This document shows, one piece after another, positions 9,034-19,164 of a stretch of 33,403 bases of DNA. This DNA is from Anaerolineae bacterium (lineage in GTDB: Bacteria; Chloroflexota; Anaerolineae; B4-G1; DUEL01), in the NCBI GenBank assembly GCA_041082215.1, contig JBDOIF010000142.1, forward strand, positions 1 to 33,403. Reading direction: 5' to 3'. Position numbers and translations under genes: made by a program. Position 1 is the first letter of the stretch, and each line of letters opens with the position of its first letter. The notes beneath the pieces were generated by a model. That model was not told where the DNA came from. It did not search any database and was given only the letters and a program-made list of their open reading frames with translations.

Positions 9034-10107
9034 TCATACACACAGCTCGTTCACTGCCCTCACTATCGCTTCCAGGTCCGCGCGGCTCAGCCCCGGATGT
9101 ACCGGCAGCGACAGCACTTCCCGCGCTGCCCGTTCCGCTTCAGGCAGGACCAGGTCATACCCCATATCCCTGTAGAACTGCTGTTGATGTACCGGCACCG
9201 GGTAGTACACGGCCGTGCCGATGCCCCGCTCCCTCAGCCCGTCCAGCACCTCATCCCGCCGTGCGTCAGGGACACGAATCGTGTACTGGTGAAACACATG
9301 CCGCCGTCGTTCCGGCACCGTTGGTGTTACCACTCCCCGTAGATGCTCGCTCAAGTACCGGGCGTTGGCGATCCGCATCTCGTTGAACCGCTCCAGTTTC
9401 CCCAACTGGGCCAGTCCGATTGCTGCATGAACGTCGGTCATTCGGAAGTTGAACCCCAGCTCATCGTGATAGTACCGTCGGCGCATTCCGTGCTGGCGGA
9501 TCGCCCGGCATCTTTCGGCGATCTCCTCATCGTTGGTCGTGATCATCCCTCCCTCGGCTGTGGTGATGTTCTTGGTGGGGTAGAATGAGAAGCAGCCTGT
9601 ACCGAAGCTCCCCACCCGTTTCCCGTCATACTCCGCTCCGTGGGCCTGACAGGCATCCTCGATCACAACCAGGCCATGTCGTCCGGCCACCTCCATAATC
9701 GGGTCCATATCCGCCGGCAGACCAAAGAGATGCACCGGCAGGATGGCCTTCGTGCGTGATGTGATCGCCGCTTCCAGCAGGTCGGGGCGGATGTTGAAAG
9801 TCGCCGGGTCAATATCCACAAAGACTGGCCGTGCCCCTACATACAGAATGGAGTTCGCGGAAGCGATGAACGTGAACGGTGTCGTGATCACCTCATCTCC
9901 AGGCCCGATGTTGTGAGCCAGCAGGGCCACATGCAGCGCTGTTGTACCGGATGAGGTGGCCACAGCGTACTTCACACCGCAATACTGAGCGAAGGCTTCC
10001 TCGAACGCCTGAACCCGGGGCCCCTGGGCCAGCATTCCCGACTCCAGCACTTCCAGCACAGCCTGTTTCTCTTCCTCACCGATCAGGGGTCGAGCTATGG
10101 GAATCAT
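9034..10107 (-). CDS. DegT/DnrJ/EryC1/StrS PLP aminotransferase (WbpE-like)
   Basis: [40 protein letters not shown] (PLP Lys), GFNFRM, LSLPVHP. Confidence 0.93.
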   Translation of the reverse strand: MIPIARPLIGEEEKQAVLEVLESGMLAQGPRVQAFEEAFAQYCGVKYAVATSSGTTALHVALLAHNIGPGDEVITTPFTFIASANSILYVGARPVFVDIDPATFNIRPDLLEAAITSRTKAILPVHLFGLPADMDPIMEVAGRHGLVVIEDACQAHGAEYDGKRVGSFGTGCFSFYPTKNITTAEGGMITTNDEEIAERCRAIRQHGMRRRYYHDELGFNFRMTDVHAAIGLAQLGKLERFNEMRIANARYLSEHLRGVVTPTVPERRRHVFHQYTIRVPDARRDEVLDGLRERGIGTAVYYPVPVHQQQFYRDMGYDLVLPEAERAAREVLSLPVHPGLSRADLEAIVRAVNELCV

Positions 10108-10727
10108 TCTTCACCTCCTATTTGCCGGTATACCTCTGCCGGAATCCTGATCTTCGCCCCACATCTCGGACACGCCATCAGCACACCTTCGGGGCGTGGA
10201 TCCTCCCTCTTCTGAAGCCGCTCGCCACAGGGACAGACGAACCCCTGCAGCCGCGCCGGATTCCCCCACACCAGGCCGTAATCGGGCACATCCCGGGTCA
10301 CCACCGACCCAGCCCCCACCATCGCCCACCGCCCGATCGTCGTGCCGCAGACGATCACCGAGTTTGCGCCGATCGCCGCCCCCTCCAGGACGAACGTCTC
10401 GCTCACCACCCAGTCCTCACTCCCTTTCAGCGAGCCGTCCGGGTTCACTGCACGGGGCCGTTTGTCGTTGGTGAAGCAGACATGGGGTCCGATAAACACG
10501 CCATCCTGAACGGTGACGCCGTGATAGATTGAAACGTAGTTCTGGATCTTCACGTGATTGCCGATGTGTACGCCAAAGTCAACGTACACCCCCTTGCCGA
10601 TCACACAATGGTGCCCGATGTGGGCTCCCTCGCGCACCTGCGCCTGATGCCAGATAGATGTACCCGCACCTATCTGTGCCTCCGGCGAGACGTCTGCTGT
10701 GGGGTGGATACGGATATCGTTTCGCAT
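10104..10727 (-). CDS. Hexapeptide-repeat N-acetyltransferase (WbpD-like) with C-terminal Cys cluster
   Basis: [64 protein letters not shown] 10727 with SD GAGGTG (GTG 10736 is an alternative). Confidence 0.9.
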   Translation of the reverse strand: MRNDIRIHPTADVSPEAQIGAGTSIWHQAQVREGAHIGHHCVIGKGVYVDFGVHIGNHVKIQNYVSIYHGVTVQDGVFIGPHVCFTNDKRPRAVNPDGSLKGSEDWVVSETFVLEGAAIGANSVIVCGTTIGRWAMVGAGSVVTRDVPDYGLVWGNPARLQGFVCPCGERLQKREDPRPEGVLMACPRCGAKIRIPAEVYRQIGGEE

Positions 10728-10790
10728 AGTGTTCACCTCTTCTCAGGCAGTGGCTGAAGGTCACCTTTGGAAACCTGTGGTTAACGATCA

Positions 10791-10815
10791 CCGGTCGCTG
10801 GCGCAAAGCGACCGG
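10791..10815. repeat. Intergenic 9-bp inverted repeat (hairpin)
   Basis: CCGGTCGCT-ggcgcaa-AGCGACCGG; no U-tract on the minus strand. Confidence 0.6.
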
Positions 10816-10826
10816 GGAGAGCGATC

Positions 10827-12422
10827 TCAATCGGGCTGAGCAATGACCGGGCCGAAGGAATCTGCTCCGTAATGAAAAGCCTGATCCCCTTCCAGCACAA
10901 AGTATTCTAGAGCCCCTCCGTATTTCAGCGGCAGCTCGTGCACGGATGCTGGACTTTCGTTAAAGGTCGTCAAGACTGGATCGAAGATGACGATGATTGC
11001 CTGGCCTCCTTCGTCGGGCTGTAACCCCATTTCAACCGGTGTAGCCACTACCTCCGGATGAGTGGCTATTGGATTTCCCTCCCCCTTCTCCCACTTCGCC
11101 TCGACGTCGAAGGGCAATCTCACGTATTCCGACAGGTAATATTCCACGTGCCGCCAGTTGGCGGCCAGTATGGCCGTGTTCTCAGCGGGGAAATGCTCAC
11201 GGGTGGCGTGGAACCGCTCCTGATAGTACGCATCGTTGTTGCGCAAGGTATCCCAGCTCAGCACTTTGAACTGCTCGCCGCCCAGAGGGTATTCCGGCAG
11301 GGCGATGAACAGCACAGCGTTCGCCAGCGCCAGGGCTGTCACCCCTGCTGCCAGCGTAGCCCATCCCCGCCTCTCCAGCAACCGCACTGTCGCTATTGCG
11401 CTGGCCAGGAGCAGGACGGGCAGGAAGACAAAGACCAGCCCTTGCTGCCCCATATGGATGACGGTGTAAAAACACAGCGAGGGCAGGGCCCAAGTCAACA
11501 GAAGCGACACCCGTTCCCAGCTTGCCCGAAACTGTCGTTGCCGCATTCGCAGCAGTGCGTAGAAGGCCAGGGGCGCCAGGGCTACGCTCCACCCAAAGGC
11601 GGTGTACATGCTCAGCTTGCGCAGGTTGCGGCTCAGGCCGAACCAGCCCGCGCCCATAAACAGCGAGGTGGTGGCCTGGAAACGCTCCGAGAAGTCGCCC
11701 ATCACTTTCAGGTACCTGTCCAGCCCACCGACAGAACGGATCAACGGGAAAAACCACCCCGCACACAGCAACCCGAAAACCGCCACAGCCAGTCCGCTCC
11801 AGAGCAGTCCGCGCTTCCAGCCCGCGCGGCGCAGGAACCCAACCGCGGCGCACAGGGCTGCCAGTCCCATGAACACCGGCGTCTGTTGACGAATCCCTCC
11901 CGCCAGGGCCATGCTCACCGCTGCCGACACCACAGCCCATGTTTTTCCGCGCATGGCCTCCCACAGCAGCCACGCGGAGAGGATCACCAGAAATGCATCT
12001 ACCACATGGGGCAAAGCGATCTCGCCGTAGAACCAGAAGAGCGGGCTGGTCGCCAGGAACAATGCCCCGACGAGGCCTACCCGCTGGTTGAACATCGCGC
12101 GGCCCAGCAGGTACATGGCCACCACCGCCAGACCGCTGCTTACAATGCTAATCCAGACCATCGTCGTCTGCGGGTTGTGGAATAGCAGATCCACTAAGCG
12201 GCAGAGCCATACATACACAATATAGCCTGGTGGCTGTGGCTGTTCGGCGGCTACGTCAAAATGCTGCATAGCGAAGGCGAAGTTGACCGAGTCCCAGTGG
12301 TAGAGGATGTGACTGCGGAAGGGAATGCGGGAAAGCACCGTTCCCAGGAAGAGCGCTACGGCCGTCCATATAGAGGCCCGGCGGGACAGGAAGCGCGTCG
12401 AGGGTCGAGTAGATTCGCTCAT
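10827..12422 (-). CDS. GT-C-fold membrane glycosyltransferase (PMT_2/DUF2723-like)
   Basis: HWDS..F motif after TM1, PQPPGY, SPLFWFYG, GGIRQ, many TM segments, C-terminal soluble domain. Confidence 0.75.
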   Translation of the reverse strand: MSESTRPSTRFLSRRASIWTAVALFLGTVLSRIPFRSHILYHWDSVNFAFAMQHFDVAAEQPQPPGYIVYVWLCRLVDLLFHNPQTTMVWISIVSSGLAVVAMYLLGRAMFNQRVGLVGALFLATSPLFWFYGEIALPHVVDAFLVILSAWLLWEAMRGKTWAVVSAAVSMALAGGIRQQTPVFMGLAALCAAVGFLRRAGWKRGLLWSGLAVAVFGLLCAGWFFPLIRSVGGLDRYLKVMGDFSERFQATTSLFMGAGWFGLSRNLRKLSMYTAFGWSVALAPLAFYALLRMRQRQFRASWERVSLLLTWALPSLCFYTVIHMGQQGLVFVFLPVLLLASAIATVRLLERRGWATLAAGVTALALANAVLFIALPEYPLGGEQFKVLSWDTLRNNDAYYQERFHATREHFPAENTAILAANWRHVEYYLSEYVRLPFDVEAKWEKGEGNPIATHPEVVATPVEMGLQPDEGGQAIIVIFDPVLTTFNESPASVHELPLKYGGALEYFVLEGDQAFHYGADSFGPVIAQPD

Positions 12423-14098
12423 TGGGAATATACCTGTACTGCGTAAAGCTTTACGTGCGGAGACGAGAATACTTCGGTGAACAAAGGCGACCGGCCCGGG
12501 TCGTACCCCCCCAGCGCCCGCTCGGCTGGCCCATAGAAAACATAGGAGACATTGAAGGTCCGCAAAGTTTCAATTCGCTCATCGTCGGATACGGCCGCGT
12601 CAAAGAAGCGTTCTACTCGCTCTCGCTTGTCGTAAAAATTCACCGTCTGCGCCCAATGGGCCAGGAAGGCGGTATTCCCGCCGAGGGCGGGCACGTACTG
12701 GCCGATGGTGAGGGAACTGAGCACCACATCGGACGGATCGGCGTGCTGGTCCAGCCAGTTCAGCGCCTCTACTTCGTCGCGGTATAAATAGTAGGGGTAG
12801 TCATGCCGCCGCAGCTCGACGAAGCGCCAGGACCACAGGTACAGATTCGTGGGCAGCACCGCGATCAGAAGCAGGATCATCAGATACTGCGAAACGCGCT
12901 CGGGCAGCCAGGCCCGCCTTCGACTGGCAAGCCATTCACTCATTGCGGGTGCAATGGTGTTTCTGATCCCCCTTGTCGCCAGAATCATCATCGGCACCTG
13001 CCAGCCGTTGAGCATATGGATCTGGAAATCGGTCGGGATATAGTTCAGCAAGAACCCCACCCCAAACCATGTGCAGATGAACAATGACCGGTCGTCCAGA
13101 TTGCCCAGGGGCACGAGGCCGGTCCACGTGGAAGCCACAATAATCAACGGCAGGCCGAAAAGGATCAGCAGGTGAAAGGGATCGGGCGTGTAGACCCCAG
13201 CGTTGGCAAACTGGTCCAGCACTTCGGCCCATATTGGATCGGTCGAGGTGAGGTGCACCGCGTACAGTGCGGGGCCAGAGGAGATCAGCCCCAGCAACAC
13301 TTCGCTCCAGAACAGGTGTCGGGGGAAACGTCGCTCGCGCAGCCAGGTCAGCAAGAAGAACGCGCCCCACACTCCGTACAGGATGATCAGGTCGTATGCA
13401 TGGTGCAGGCCCAGGATCAACGCCGCCGCACCGGCGAGGACGGCGTAGCGCAGTTGTCGCTTCTGATATCCCTGCCACAACAGGGCGAATATGCCGACGA
13501 TGAAGGCCGCAGCGAGGATGAAGTGCGGATAGGCCAGGATGCACAGGAACGTGTTCCCCTCAGCGATATACACGTCCAGCGGATAGAGCAGCTCGCCTTT
13601 AGTCAGAGTATATTTGAGGACGACAAGGATCCACCCCAATCCTGAACTGAAAGCGGTCAACAGGAATACTGCCCGTCGCTGCCATATGTCGGCCACAAAG
13701 CAGGCGATCAGCCGATACAGCACCCATAGAAATGCCGCACCAGATACCCAGCGGAACATCTGATACAACGGCGCGTAGCTCAGCCCGGTGAGACGGGCGA
13801 TCTGAGCCAGCGTCCACCACAGCAGGTTGAAGAAGACCGGCTCGTTGGGTTCAGGGGTGAGTTTATTGGATACCAGGAACGCACTCTGAAATCCCCGGAA
13901 CCAGGAGAGATATTGACCATGGTCGGGCACGTCCAGCATCAGGCCCATGAACTGTTTGTCCGGTGGGCAGGAGAGATACCCGTAAAGATAGGGGAGAGTG
14001 GTCAAAGCCAGCATCCCAAGGATGACCGACCAGACAAGAAGCCGTTCCTGTCTGGCGGTTTGCCGGTTTAAGGGGGGCTGGGGGCGGAGGTCAACCAT
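12419..14098 (-). CDS. Uncharacterised multi-pass membrane protein, probable GT-C glycosyltransferase
   Basis: D..D..QYLSW after TM1, YPHF, HxYD, about 12 TM segments, C-terminal soluble domain (ALNWL..DVVLS..FLAHWAQT..YVFYGPAER). Confidence 0.65.
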   Translation of the reverse strand: MVDLRPQPPLNRQTARQERLLVWSVILGMLALTTLPYLYGYLSCPPDKQFMGLMLDVPDHGQYLSWFRGFQSAFLVSNKLTPEPNEPVFFNLLWWTLAQIARLTGLSYAPLYQMFRWVSGAAFLWVLYRLIACFVADIWQRRAVFLLTAFSSGLGWILVVLKYTLTKGELLYPLDVYIAEGNTFLCILAYPHFILAAAFIVGIFALLWQGYQKRQLRYAVLAGAAALILGLHHAYDLIILYGVWGAFFLLTWLRERRFPRHLFWSEVLLGLISSGPALYAVHLTSTDPIWAEVLDQFANAGVYTPDPFHLLILFGLPLIIVASTWTGLVPLGNLDDRSLFICTWFGVGFLLNYIPTDFQIHMLNGWQVPMMILATRGIRNTIAPAMSEWLASRRRAWLPERVSQYLMILLLIAVLPTNLYLWSWRFVELRRHDYPYYLYRDEVEALNWLDQHADPSDVVLSSLTIGQYVPALGGNTAFLAHWAQTVNFYDKRERVERFFDAAVSDDERIETLRTFNVSYVFYGPAERALGGYDPGRSPLFTEVFSSPHVKLYAVQVYSQ

Positions 14099-15644
14099 TT
14101 TGGGTAGCCCTTTCCTGTACGGATTCTGTCTGTCGAGGAGCGCCGCGAATGCTCAACCAGAAAAGGGCACCCACCCAGGCGACAATCACCACCGCAAGAG
14201 GAAGCAGGCTGACGATCCCCGGCAGGTGGAGAAGCATCCCAACGTTGCGGGCGATGTTGCCCTGTTGCCAGGCTGGCCAGGCATACTCCAGCAGGGGGAA
14301 GCGATGCTCCTCGGTGGGAAAGTGCTGTCCGGCCAGAGTGAGCCCCCACACAGCGACCAGCGACCAGGCACCTAATACACCGACCAGCAACTTTGCCCAG
14401 CCTTGTGTCCCCCAGCGGCGAACAAAGCAAGCAATGGGTAAGATCATAAACGGAAGCATTGGCAACAGATAACGCGGGCCGACGGCGAACCCGCCCCACC
14501 ACATGATGGATGAGGCGTTGAACAGGAAAAAGGCCAGCACACTGGTCATGGCAACAACCCATTCGATTCGCCATTCGCGTGTGCGCCACCAGGCGACGAA
14601 GCCCGGCACCGCCAGAAGCAACACCGGCGAGAGCACAAACAATCCCCGAAAAAGGCCAAAGGTGATGCCCCAGGCCGCCGACCAGTGGGGCCAGGTCAGG
14701 CTCATAAAGCCGGTATGATGTTGCTCTGCCCACAGCTCCGAATGGCTATATCCCACCGGTAAGGGGGTATGAAAGATGGCGAAATTGTAGGCAGCCATCA
14801 GCAAGATCGGCGGGATACCTGCCCCCATAACCCAGGCGATGCGCCGCCGATCGTGCAGCCGGTAAAGGGTGTACAGGAACAGAATCCCGGCGATAAGCGC
14901 CGCCGGATATTCGGTGATGACCGCATATCCGAGCAGAAACCCCACCGCCAGCAGGCGGCCCGTTCCGATCCCTGTGCCGCGCTTCACAAAGACCAGGCAG
15001 AAAGCGATGAACAGGCAGGCTGCCGCCAGTTGGTGCCCGTAGAAGGCGTTGGCGTAAGCAAAGGCCGGCGTCGCAAGCCCATATGTCAGGGTAAGCAACA
15101 CACGTGCTCCCCGTCCCAGCCCCCACTCTCCCAGGATGCGGTAGAGGAACATACCCGCAAGCGCTGTGGGGATCGTCGCTGCAACAAAGGCGGCGGCGAC
15201 CTGGCCGATGGCAAAGCGCACCTTATCCTCCAACAGGCCCGTGCCCCCCTCCCGCAATGTCGCGGCCAGGGCCTGGTTATTGGAGAGGTAATCCATCAGC
15301 CTATCCATCACCGGCAGGCTGAGCACTCCTTTCAGCGCTGCGTACACCGGGATGCCCAGGAAAGCTGCGCCGGGAGCCTTATCGCTGTAGTAGTGACCCT
15401 CGAATTCGGCATAATCCACCGTGTTGCCCACATAGTCGTCAATGCACAACGTGCCCTGATCCACCACAGCGACCACCAGGTCCAGCCGTGAGTTCTGGTT
15501 GGGATCGGCCCAGCGAGGGAAAATGTAGGCGTAGCAGATCAGCAGGATGCCGAAGATCATTATGCTGGTCCATTTTTCCAGGCGCGGTCTCGTCGGCATA
15601 GTCGTTTTGAAATCCCTTTCCACGGTGCAACTACTAGAGGTCAC
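14091..15644 (-). CDS. Uncharacterised multi-pass membrane protein, probable GT-C glycosyltransferase
   Basis: NQNSR..D, GHYYSDKAPG, TEY, YN..IF, RGLF..SP, WWGG..GPRYLLP motifs. Start uncertain (GTG 15644 or ATG 15599). Confidence 0.65.
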   Translation of the reverse strand: MTSSSCTVERDFKTTMPTRPRLEKWTSIMIFGILLICYAYIFPRWADPNQNSRLDLVVAVVDQGTLCIDDYVGNTVDYAEFEGHYYSDKAPGAAFLGIPVYAALKGVLSLPVMDRLMDYLSNNQALAATLREGGTGLLEDKVRFAIGQVAAAFVAATIPTALAGMFLYRILGEWGLGRGARVLLTLTYGLATPAFAYANAFYGHQLAAACLFIAFCLVFVKRGTGIGTGRLLAVGFLLGYAVITEYPAALIAGILFLYTLYRLHDRRRIAWVMGAGIPPILLMAAYNFAIFHTPLPVGYSHSELWAEQHHTGFMSLTWPHWSAAWGITFGLFRGLFVLSPVLLLAVPGFVAWWRTREWRIEWVVAMTSVLAFFLFNASSIMWWGGFAVGPRYLLPMLPFMILPIACFVRRWGTQGWAKLLVGVLGAWSLVAVWGLTLAGQHFPTEEHRFPLLEYAWPAWQQGNIARNVGMLLHLPGIVSLLPLAVVIVAWVGALFWLSIRGAPRQTESVQERATQNG

Positions 15645-16851
15645 TTCCGGTCACTGCCAGAGCGGCGCGGACGTACACATCTTCTATGCTCCCACAGGCG
15701 CGACGGTAATCATACTTTTCCTCCGCCAGCCGTCGCCCGCTGGCTGCCAGCCGCCGGCCCAGGTCGGGGTCGTTCAGCACCCGCAGGGCCTGAGCGGCAA
15801 ACACCTCCGGCGTATCCCCCAGCAGTACGTCCCGCTCCGGAACCACCTCGATCCCCTCGCAGCCCAACGTCGTGGAGACGATGGGGATGCCCTGGGCCAG
15901 CGCGTTGAGTATCTTCACCCGCATCCCACCCCCGGCGCGCAGCGGCACGACCATCAGCGCTGCCCTCTGGAGGTAGGGAGTGGGATCCGGCACGTAACCG
16001 GTGACATTGATCCCCAGCCCTGCCCCGTTGAGGGCCAGCAGGTCGGCCGGCGGGCGAGCGCCCACCACATCGAACTGGACATCCGGCCGCTGCCGGCGGA
16101 TAAGGGGATAGACTTCGCGGATGAACCACCACACGCCGTCAATATTGGGCGGCCAGTACATCGTGCCGATATGCAGGATGTGCCTGGGCTCCGGCACCCG
16201 CTGGATAAAGGCGACCTCCTCCGTATCAATGGCGATGGGGATAACGGTGATATCCACCGCCCGCCCGGCCGCTTCCTGCAGGGCAGCCCGGTCCTCCTGG
16301 CTCACCGCCAGCACCGCGTCGAACTCCCGACAGACGCGCCCCTCATATTCCTTCAACAACCGCCAGTCGCGGCCCAGGAGCCATTTCTGAGGACTGGGGC
16401 TCATCGTCTCCCACAGCCGCCTGTACAGCAGCCACAGGGCGTTGTGGGCATCCAGCACCTTGAAGGCGCCGGACACACGGGCAGCGTACTGGGCCATGTT
16501 GAGCTGGTCGGCGTGGGCCACGTCGAAGCGTTGCTCCGTCGCCAGTCTGTCCACCAGGCGGCGCATCGCTGCCCGGTCGTCGCGGGCCATAAGAAAAGGC
16601 TGCCCGGCGAACAGACTGCGCAGCATGTACCATGCATCGCGTACTCTGCCTCGTTCCATTGGCACGGTGTATATGCCGCCTGTGCACAGCTTTTCCAGCA
16701 CCCGGACATCTTCCCCCTGGTCGCCACGCACAAATGAAACCAGGGTTACCCGATGGCGCTGAGCCAGGTACTTGATCACGTTCCATGTCTTGACCTTCGG
16801 CCCGCTATCCGGCGGATAGGGCAGGACCTGGGTGAGCAGGAGGATATCCAT
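15634..16851 (-). CDS. GT4 glycosyltransferase
   Basis: LPYPPDSG, LDAHN, WPPNIDG, VPLRAGGGMRVKILNALAQG, STTLGCEG; start MDILLL at 16851. Confidence 0.9.
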   Translation of the reverse strand: MDILLLTQVLPYPPDSGPKVKTWNVIKYLAQRHRVTLVSFVRGDQGEDVRVLEKLCTGGIYTVPMERGRVRDAWYMLRSLFAGQPFLMARDDRAAMRRLVDRLATEQRFDVAHADQLNMAQYAARVSGAFKVLDAHNALWLLYRRLWETMSPSPQKWLLGRDWRLLKEYEGRVCREFDAVLAVSQEDRAALQEAAGRAVDITVIPIAIDTEEVAFIQRVPEPRHILHIGTMYWPPNIDGVWWFIREVYPLIRRQRPDVQFDVVGARPPADLLALNGAGLGINVTGYVPDPTPYLQRAALMVVPLRAGGGMRVKILNALAQGIPIVSTTLGCEGIEVVPERDVLLGDTPEVFAAQALRVLNDPDLGRRLAASGRRLAEEKYDYRRACGSIEDVYVRAALAVTGSDL

Positions 16852-16862
16852 ATGCAGTCCTT

Positions 16863-17786
16863 TTACAGCACATCCACGCGGGTCAGCGCCATGCGCAGCT
16901 CCTGCCAGCTGGGGACGGCTCTCCCCCTGCGCCCTCCGGTCACAGAACGCAGCAGGCGATGGATGACCATCTTGATCAGAGTCATCCCGTAGATCAGGCC
17001 TTTCAGGCAAAAGGCAGCGGTCCTGCCATAATGTTTGTGGAAGAAATAGACCCGGCTGCGGTAGAGCTCCGCCTCCATCCGCCCCCGCCGCTTCCTGGTA
17101 CTCTGCCCTCCGTAGTGGATAACCGTCACCTGCGGGAGGTACCAGACCTCCCAGCCGGCCCGGTGGAACCGATAACACCAATCCACGTCCTCTGCATACA
17201 TAAATATGCGCTCGTCCAGCCCGCCGACCTCTTCGATCGCCTCGCGGCGGGCCATCATATAAGCCCCCTCCACATACCCCTTAATCCGCCGGGCCCCCTG
17301 CCTCTCGCAGGGGCCCTGGCTGGGAAAGGAGGGCCGGATCAGCAGCCTGCCCAACCCGCTGAGGATCAGGAACTCCCGCCCCAACGTGGGGAATGGGGTG
17401 TACGAGGCCTGGAAACTCCCATCCCCGTTGAGCAGCCGCACGCCAACCAGGCCGGCTCTGGGATGCTCCTCCATATGCCGCAGGCTCTCTTCCAGAGCGC
17501 CAGGCAGAAGCCGCGTATCACTGTTCAGAAGCAGCACATATCGTCCACGAGAGCGGGCCAGGGCCTGGTTGTTGGCCCGGGCAAAGCCCACGTTATTCGC
17601 ATTGAGCATCAGCTTCACCTGCGGGAACTCACGGCACACCATTTCCACGCTGCCGTCGGTAGACCCGTTGTCCACGACGATGACTTCGAGATGTATCCGG
17701 CCCGCCGTCTCATAGACCGACCGCAGACATCCAGCGAGGAGGTCGCAGGTGTTCCAGTTGACAATGATCACCGATAGGTCAACCAT
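16863..17786 (-). CDS. GT2 glycosyltransferase (WbbL/rhamnosyltransferase-like)
   Basis: SVIIVNWN, VDNGSTDGS, NVGFARANN, LLNSDT, DERIFMYAEDVDWC; ATG 17786 with SD GGAGG. Confidence 0.9.
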   Translation of the reverse strand: MVDLSVIIVNWNTCDLLAGCLRSVYETAGRIHLEVIVVDNGSTDGSVEMVCREFPQVKLMLNANNVGFARANNQALARSRGRYVLLLNSDTRLLPGALEESLRHMEEHPRAGLVGVRLLNGDGSFQASYTPFPTLGREFLILSGLGRLLIRPSFPSQGPCERQGARRIKGYVEGAYMMARREAIEEVGGLDERIFMYAEDVDWCYRFHRAGWEVWYLPQVTVIHYGGQSTRKRRGRMEAELYRSRVYFFHKHYGRTAAFCLKGLIYGMTLIKMVIHRLLRSVTGGRRGRAVPSWQELRMALTRVDVL

Positions 17787-19164
17787 CTCCCCCTCCGGCG
17801 GCGTAGATGTTATCCAGGATGACAATGCTGGCCAGGAATATCCAACTGTAGACAGCGTAGTCGAAACCGGCTATGGTCTGGGTGTAGACAAAAGGAAACA
17901 TCCAATCTCCAAGCGCCATCGCCAGGACCGAACCAGCCCACCCTGCCAGTGCGCCGTTTGCCAGGCCCTCGCTGAAATCCGCCCGTCCCTTGAGGCGCCG
18001 GGAAAGCCGATACCCTGTCCACCCCAGAGTGGCGAGAAACCACAGGCAAAGCAACAACCCTGCCAGACCGAACTGGGAGAGGATGTCCAGATAATTGTTA
18101 TGGGTGGCCATCGCCTCCGTTGGGAAATAGGACATATAATATGCAGCGTAGCCAGCCGGCCCTGTTCCAAAGAGGAGATGTTTGCCGGTGACCCTCCAGT
18201 TCTGTTGCCATGCAGCCAGGCGGGTTACGCCGCTTTCCTCCCGTTCGGCAGCGAAGACCGAACCGCCGTAGTAGCTCCAGTTCAGGCCGACGTACAGGGC
18301 GATCAGAAGCACAACTACGAGGAACAACCGGCGGGATTTCAGCAGGCTGACCACGCTCAAGCCGGCCAGGGATGGCAGCCAGCCGGTCAGCCAGGAGATC
18401 CATCTAACAAAATAGACGTATACCCAGGCGCCGACCAGACCCAGCAAAACCAGCCGCAGCCAGAGGGGCAACTTTTTGTTGAAAAGGGCCTGGGCGTAGG
18501 TCGTGACGACAAACCAGAGTGAGAAAAGCCCTCCTGTATTGAGAAAAGAGAGCCTCACACGCAGAAAGTAGGACACCAGGGCCAGCACCCCCACGGACAG
18601 GAACAACCCCCACAGAATCTTCAGCCAGCGGACCTCGGAGATGGAGTTGGCAGTGAGAAAGAAGGCTCCCGGCAGGAGGACCGTCACCGCCAGCCCTCCT
18701 AACTGAACAAGCGGCCAGGTGCTCGAGACGTAGACCAGGGGGTCCCGAAAGGCGTTGCTCCAGAACAGGGAAACGCAGGCGACAAGGACCAGAGCCAGAA
18801 GGGGCAGGTTTGTGCTTGCCCGCTTGAGGTGCAGGCGCCGATCCAAAACCAGCATCCTCACCAGCCACAGCCCGGTGAACGCAGCGGTCGCCAGCAGGCT
18901 GGCGACGATGCGGCTCTGGGTGCCGGTGCCGATGCTAAAACGCACGAAAGCCGCCGTGACCAGGATCGCCAGCACGGCCCATTCCGGCTGGTTGAACACC
19001 AGAATGACCACCGGGAGTGCGGCCATACTGATCAGGATCAGTTCGGGCGATATGCGCGTGACCAGAAAGCCAATCGCCAGCCACCCGACTCCGAGCACAG
19101 CTCCAACGGACAGGCGCACGATGGATGATCGGGAGAGAGGGAACCGCCACCCTGTACCGGTCAT
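17779..19164 (-). CDS. O-antigen ligase/Wzy polymerase family membrane protein
   Basis: About 12 TM segments; R...W..H.LFGTG and THNNYLDILSQFGLAG (Wzy_C HN.Y motif). Confidence 0.85.
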   Translation of the reverse strand: MTGTGWRFPLSRSSIVRLSVGAVLGVGWLAIGFLVTRISPELILISMAALPVVILVFNQPEWAVLAILVTAAFVRFSIGTGTQSRIVASLLATAAFTGLWLVRMLVLDRRLHLKRASTNLPLLALVLVACVSLFWSNAFRDPLVYVSSTWPLVQLGGLAVTVLLPGAFFLTANSISEVRWLKILWGLFLSVGVLALVSYFLRVRLSFLNTGGLFSLWFVVTTYAQALFNKKLPLWLRLVLLGLVGAWVYVYFVRWISWLTGWLPSLAGLSVVSLLKSRRLFLVVVLLIALYVGLNWSYYGGSVFAAEREESGVTRLAAWQQNWRVTGKHLLFGTGPAGYAAYYMSYFPTEAMATHNNYLDILSQFGLAGLLLCLWFLATLGWTGYRLSRRLKGRADFSEGLANGALAGWAGSVLAMALGDWMFPFVYTQTIAGFDYAVYSWIFLASIVILDNIYAAGGGDG

